NCBI GenBank assembly: GCA_963775425.1
Contig: CAVZJB010000011.1
Span: 1,085,751 to 1,149,750, forward strand
Length of the DNA stretch: 64,000 bases
DNA from: an uncultured delta proteobacterium
GTDB lineage: Bacteria > Myxococcota > UBA727 > VGSZ01
Direction: 5' to 3'
Shown: piece by piece, positions 61,359 to 64,000 of the stretch
Numbering within the stretch: position 1 is the stretch's first letter
Layout: the number at the start of each line of letters is the position of its first letter
Translations under genes and position numbers: made by a program
The notes under the pieces: generated by a model
Database searches by the model: none
Told to the model about the DNA's origin: nothing
What the model saw: only the letters and a program-made list of their open reading frames with translations

Positions 61359-62537
61359 ATGATCAACCGCAACATGCTCGTGAAGGACATCGTGCTCGAC
61401 CACCCGGAGACGGCCGCCGTCTTCCAACGGCACCGCGTCGACTACTGCTGCGGCGGCGACGTGACCGTGGGCGCCGCCTGCGCCGCGCGTGACGCCCCGG
61501 AGCGCGCGGCCGCGGTCCTGTGGGAGGCGCTCGAGGAAGCGGTCCGGTCGCGCGCGGCGCCGGGCGTCGACGTGCGCGCGCTCGACACCGCTGCGCTCGT
61601 GGCGCACATCGTCGAGACGCACCACGCATACTTGCGGCGCACGCTCCCCTTCCTCACCGCTCTCGCGGCGAAGGTCGCCCGGGTTCACGGCGACCACAAC
61701 CCGAAGCTCACGGCGCTCGCCGACAGAGTGACGGCGCTCCGCGACACGCTCGAGCCCCACATCGACGAGGAAGAGCGTGTGTTGTTCCCCGCGTTCCTCG
61801 GCGCAGATCGATCGGCGGCGGCGGCGCGCGCTTGCGCGGAGATGCTCGAGGAGCACCGCGCTGTCGGTGCGCTCCTGTCCGAAGCTCGTGCGCTCGCCGA
61901 CGACTTCACGGCCCCCGCCTGGGCCTGCACGAGCTACCGCACGCTGCTGCGCGAGCTCGAAGCACTCGAGACCGACACGCTTCGCCACGTCCACCTGGAG
62001 AACCACGTACTCGCGCCACGTCTTGAGGCGGCGCCGACCCCGACCATCGCTGCGTACCTCGTCGCGGACCACGCCCGCCTCGACGCTCTCCTCACGCAGA
62101 GCGTTGACGACCCCGCGCACTTCGACGCGGCCGCGTTCGAGGAGCTCCGCGCGGGCCTCATTCGCCACATGGCGATCGAAGAGCGCATCGTCTACCCCGA
62201 CGCCTGCTTCCGGCGGGGCGGCAAACCGCTCGATCTCGCGCGCCGCGTGCGCATTCATCACGCGGCGCTTGCGTTGCTCGCGACGCAGGAGCCGTCGGCG
62301 CACCTGGTCGGCGAGCTGCGCCAGCTCCTTCTGCTCCATATCGGCGAGGAGGAGGGACCGGGCGGCACGTTCGAGCAGCATGCGCGCCTGCTTACGCTCG
62401 CGGATGAGGCGGACCTCGTGGCTCGCGCCGCGGCCTTCCCCGCCGTGCGGCGAGCGAGCGGCTTGCACCCGCCGACGGACATCGCGAGCGCGGCCGAGGC
62501 GCTGCGGCGCGCGGTGCACGCCGTCGACGAGCCCTGA
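61359..62537 (+). CDS. ric: iron-sulfur cluster repair di-iron protein (RIC/YtfE/ScdA) fused to a second hemerythrin domain
   Basis: ScdA_N VDYCCGG; [42 protein letters not shown]; then DHARLD...HMAIEE...HH...HIGEEE. Confidence 0.9.
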   Translation: MINRNMLVKDIVLDHPETAAVFQRHRVDYCCGGDVTVGAACAARDAPERAAAVLWEALEEAVRSRAAPGVDVRALDTAALVAHIVETHHAYLRRTLPFLTALAAKVARVHGDHNPKLTALADRVTALRDTLEPHIDEEERVLFPAFLGADRSAAAARACAEMLEEHRAVGALLSEARALADDFTAPAWACTSYRTLLRELEALETDTLRHVHLENHVLAPRLEAAPTPTIAAYLVADHARLDALLTQSVDDPAHFDAAAFEELRAGLIRHMAIEERIVYPDACFRRGGKPLDLARRVRIHHAALALLATQEPSAHLVGELRQLLLLHIGEEEGPGGTFEQHARLLTLADEADLVARAAAFPAVRRASGLHPPTDIASAAEALRRAVHAVDEP

Positions 62538-62540
62538 GTC

Positions 62541-63749
62541 GTGAACACCGAGCGATTCGAGCCCGGCCCCTTGCGCGCGGCCGTCCTGGTGGCCGTCCTC
62601 TTCCTCGCGCTGCCGGGCAGCGGCGAAGGTGCAGCGCTTTTGTGGACGTTCGCCGGCGGCTCCTCGCCTGTGCCGCTCGTCGCACCGGCGACGCACGGGA
62701 TGCTGCAGCTCGGCGGTGGATTCATGATCCTCATCCAGGCGTTCCTGGCGCTCGGCGTTCCCCATCTCCTCGGCCTGAACGCGCGGCGGGCGCGCGCCAT
62801 CGTTGTCCCGATCGCAGTCATCGCCGCGGGGCTGTGCGTCACGGTCGCGGCAGAGATCACCGGAAATGCGTACGCTGTCGTCGTCGGACGGGCGCTATGC
62901 CTCGCCGGTGCGGTCCTCGGAGCCGGCGTCTTTCTCGTCGCTCATGAGCGCGGCCGCGGGCTGCGCGCGTTGCCGGTGCCCGTGCTCATCTTCGCGCTCT
63001 GCGTGCAGCCTGGCGGTTGGCTCCTCTTTCTGCTGGAGGCGACGGGTCACCTGCCTTCCGGCGTTTCAGGAGAGGTGCTGTTGATGCTCGTCGTCGTGCC
63101 CGTCGTCATGGGCATGGGCTGGAAGATGTTCTCGGCGATGCTGCAGCTCGAGCCCGCGAAGGCCGCGACCTTCGTCGTCGCGATCGTGTGTTGGATCGCG
63201 GGCGCGCTCCTCGACGTAGGCGCTCGCCTCGGGCCTGTCTCGTTCTGCGCGACACGCACCGCCCGCGTCGCAGGGGCGGCCCTGCTCTTCACCGGCGCGG
63301 TCGCATGGCTGCTCAGCGTGCACGGGCTGCGCCGCCGCCGCGGGCGCCTCATGTTGCAGACCGCCGCTGGGCCGGAGCTGCGATGGGCGGTCGCTACCGC
63401 CGCCGCGTGCCTCTGCGTGGCGCCTTTGGTGTCCCTCGTGGCGGCCCTCACGGATCGGCTCGTCCTTGTCGACGTCGCGCGCCATCTCATCGCGATCGGC
63501 TTCGTGTTGTGCACGACGATGGGCGTGACGTTGCGCGCGCTGCCGCGGTTCTGCCGGGGCCGCGAGTCGTCGAGCCCGCTCGCGCTCGTGACGCTCGCGC
63601 TCGTCGTGCTCGGCCTCGCGCTGCGCTTCGCGCGCGTGCTGCCGGGCGGGGAGCCCCTCGTGCGAGCTGCGGCGCTGCTGATGTTGGCGGGCGTCGTGCT
63701 CTGGGGTGGACACCTCATGCGAGGCTTGGTGCCGGTCGAGCCCTCGTGA
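62541..63749 (+). CDS. NnrS-like polytopic membrane protein
   Basis: About 12 TMs, HGMLQLGGG, RHLIAIGFVLCTTMGVTLRALPRF; 3 nt downstream of ric. Confidence 0.65.
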   Translation: MNTERFEPGPLRAAVLVAVLFLALPGSGEGAALLWTFAGGSSPVPLVAPATHGMLQLGGGFMILIQAFLALGVPHLLGLNARRARAIVVPIAVIAAGLCVTVAAEITGNAYAVVVGRALCLAGAVLGAGVFLVAHERGRGLRALPVPVLIFALCVQPGGWLLFLLEATGHLPSGVSGEVLLMLVVVPVVMGMGWKMFSAMLQLEPAKAATFVVAIVCWIAGALLDVGARLGPVSFCATRTARVAGAALLFTGAVAWLLSVHGLRRRRGRLMLQTAAGPELRWAVATAAACLCVAPLVSLVAALTDRLVLVDVARHLIAIGFVLCTTMGVTLRALPRFCRGRESSSPLALVTLALVVLGLALRFARVLPGGEPLVRAAALLMLAGVVLWGGHLMRGLVPVEPS

Positions 63750-63904
63750 CCGACCAGGGCTACGACTGGAATGAAGACACGCAAGCGGCAGCAGAGGCAG
63801 CGGCGTTGCTCGAGGCGTGGGGCTGGACGTTTCCCGGCTCGGCGCGCGCGACGACACGCCGCCGCCGCATGCGCCTCCTCCTCTTCGAGCGCGCGGCGAC
63901 AACG

Positions 63905-63932
63905 AAAAACGGCGCTCTTTCAAGCGCCGTTT
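63905..63932 (-). terminator. intrinsic terminator downstream of tRNA-Leu
   Basis: Minus strand AAACGGCGCT-TGAAAG-AGCGCCGTTT, running into a T-tract. Confidence 0.75.
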
Positions 63933-63949
63933 CCCGAGTGTTTTCACTG

Positions 63950-64000
63950 TGGTGCCCAGAAGAGGACTCGAACCTCCACGGAGTTGCCCCCACTAGGACC
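63950..64000 (-). tRNA. trnL: tRNA-Leu (NAG anticodon class), 3' portion; truncated by the window edge
   Basis: GGTCCTAGTGGGGGCAACTCCGTGGAGGTTCGAGTCCTCTTCTGGGCACCA: long variable arm, T-arm, discriminator A, CCA. Confidence 0.88.

Overview
High-GC bacterial window, most likely Myxococcota/deltaproteobacterial. This is inferred from an AgmX/PglI-domain protein, Cys-rich and choice-of-anchor D lipoproteins, a multidomain Ser/Thr kinase and sigma54 regulators. Left to right: (1) a frameshifted zf-TFIIB gene and a MacA/MacB/TolC-type efflux operon; (2) a hypothetical protein and a phosphoesterase; (3) a probable accessory region at the 3' end of tRNA-Val(TAC), about 8.9-24.3 kb, with a USP plus cyclic beta-1,2-glucan synthase operon (one frameshift), TetR, a GAFTGA-less enhancer-binding protein with a C-terminal receiver, an AgmX/PglI protein and decayed ParB/phage-like remnants; (4) a core-like block with an active/inactive pair of giant TPR-DUF3857-transglutaminase proteins, an FHA membrane protein, a degenerate GxxExxY protein, a glycosyltransferase, a pseudokinase-kinase-SRPBCC-DUF5939-pseudocyclase protein, a serpin, and an operon of two Ig-like lipoproteins plus a zinc protease; (5) a CDF transporter and assorted small genes, including a VF530-lipase fusion; (6) ArsR-SRPBCC-DoxX and a nitrosative-stress-like module (sigma54 activator with a tiny CxxC/His N-terminus, RIC-hemerythrin fusion, NnrS-like protein) next to a partial tRNA-Leu. 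Across the window, many first genes have a TAnnnT box 6-9 nt upstream of the start codon, or a sigma54 -24/-12 box 14-15 nt upstream, suggesting pervasive leaderless mRNAs. Three isolated apparent +1 frameshifts (two pinned to a single base) suggest residual assembly indels. All family calls are by motif recognition; no searches were run.
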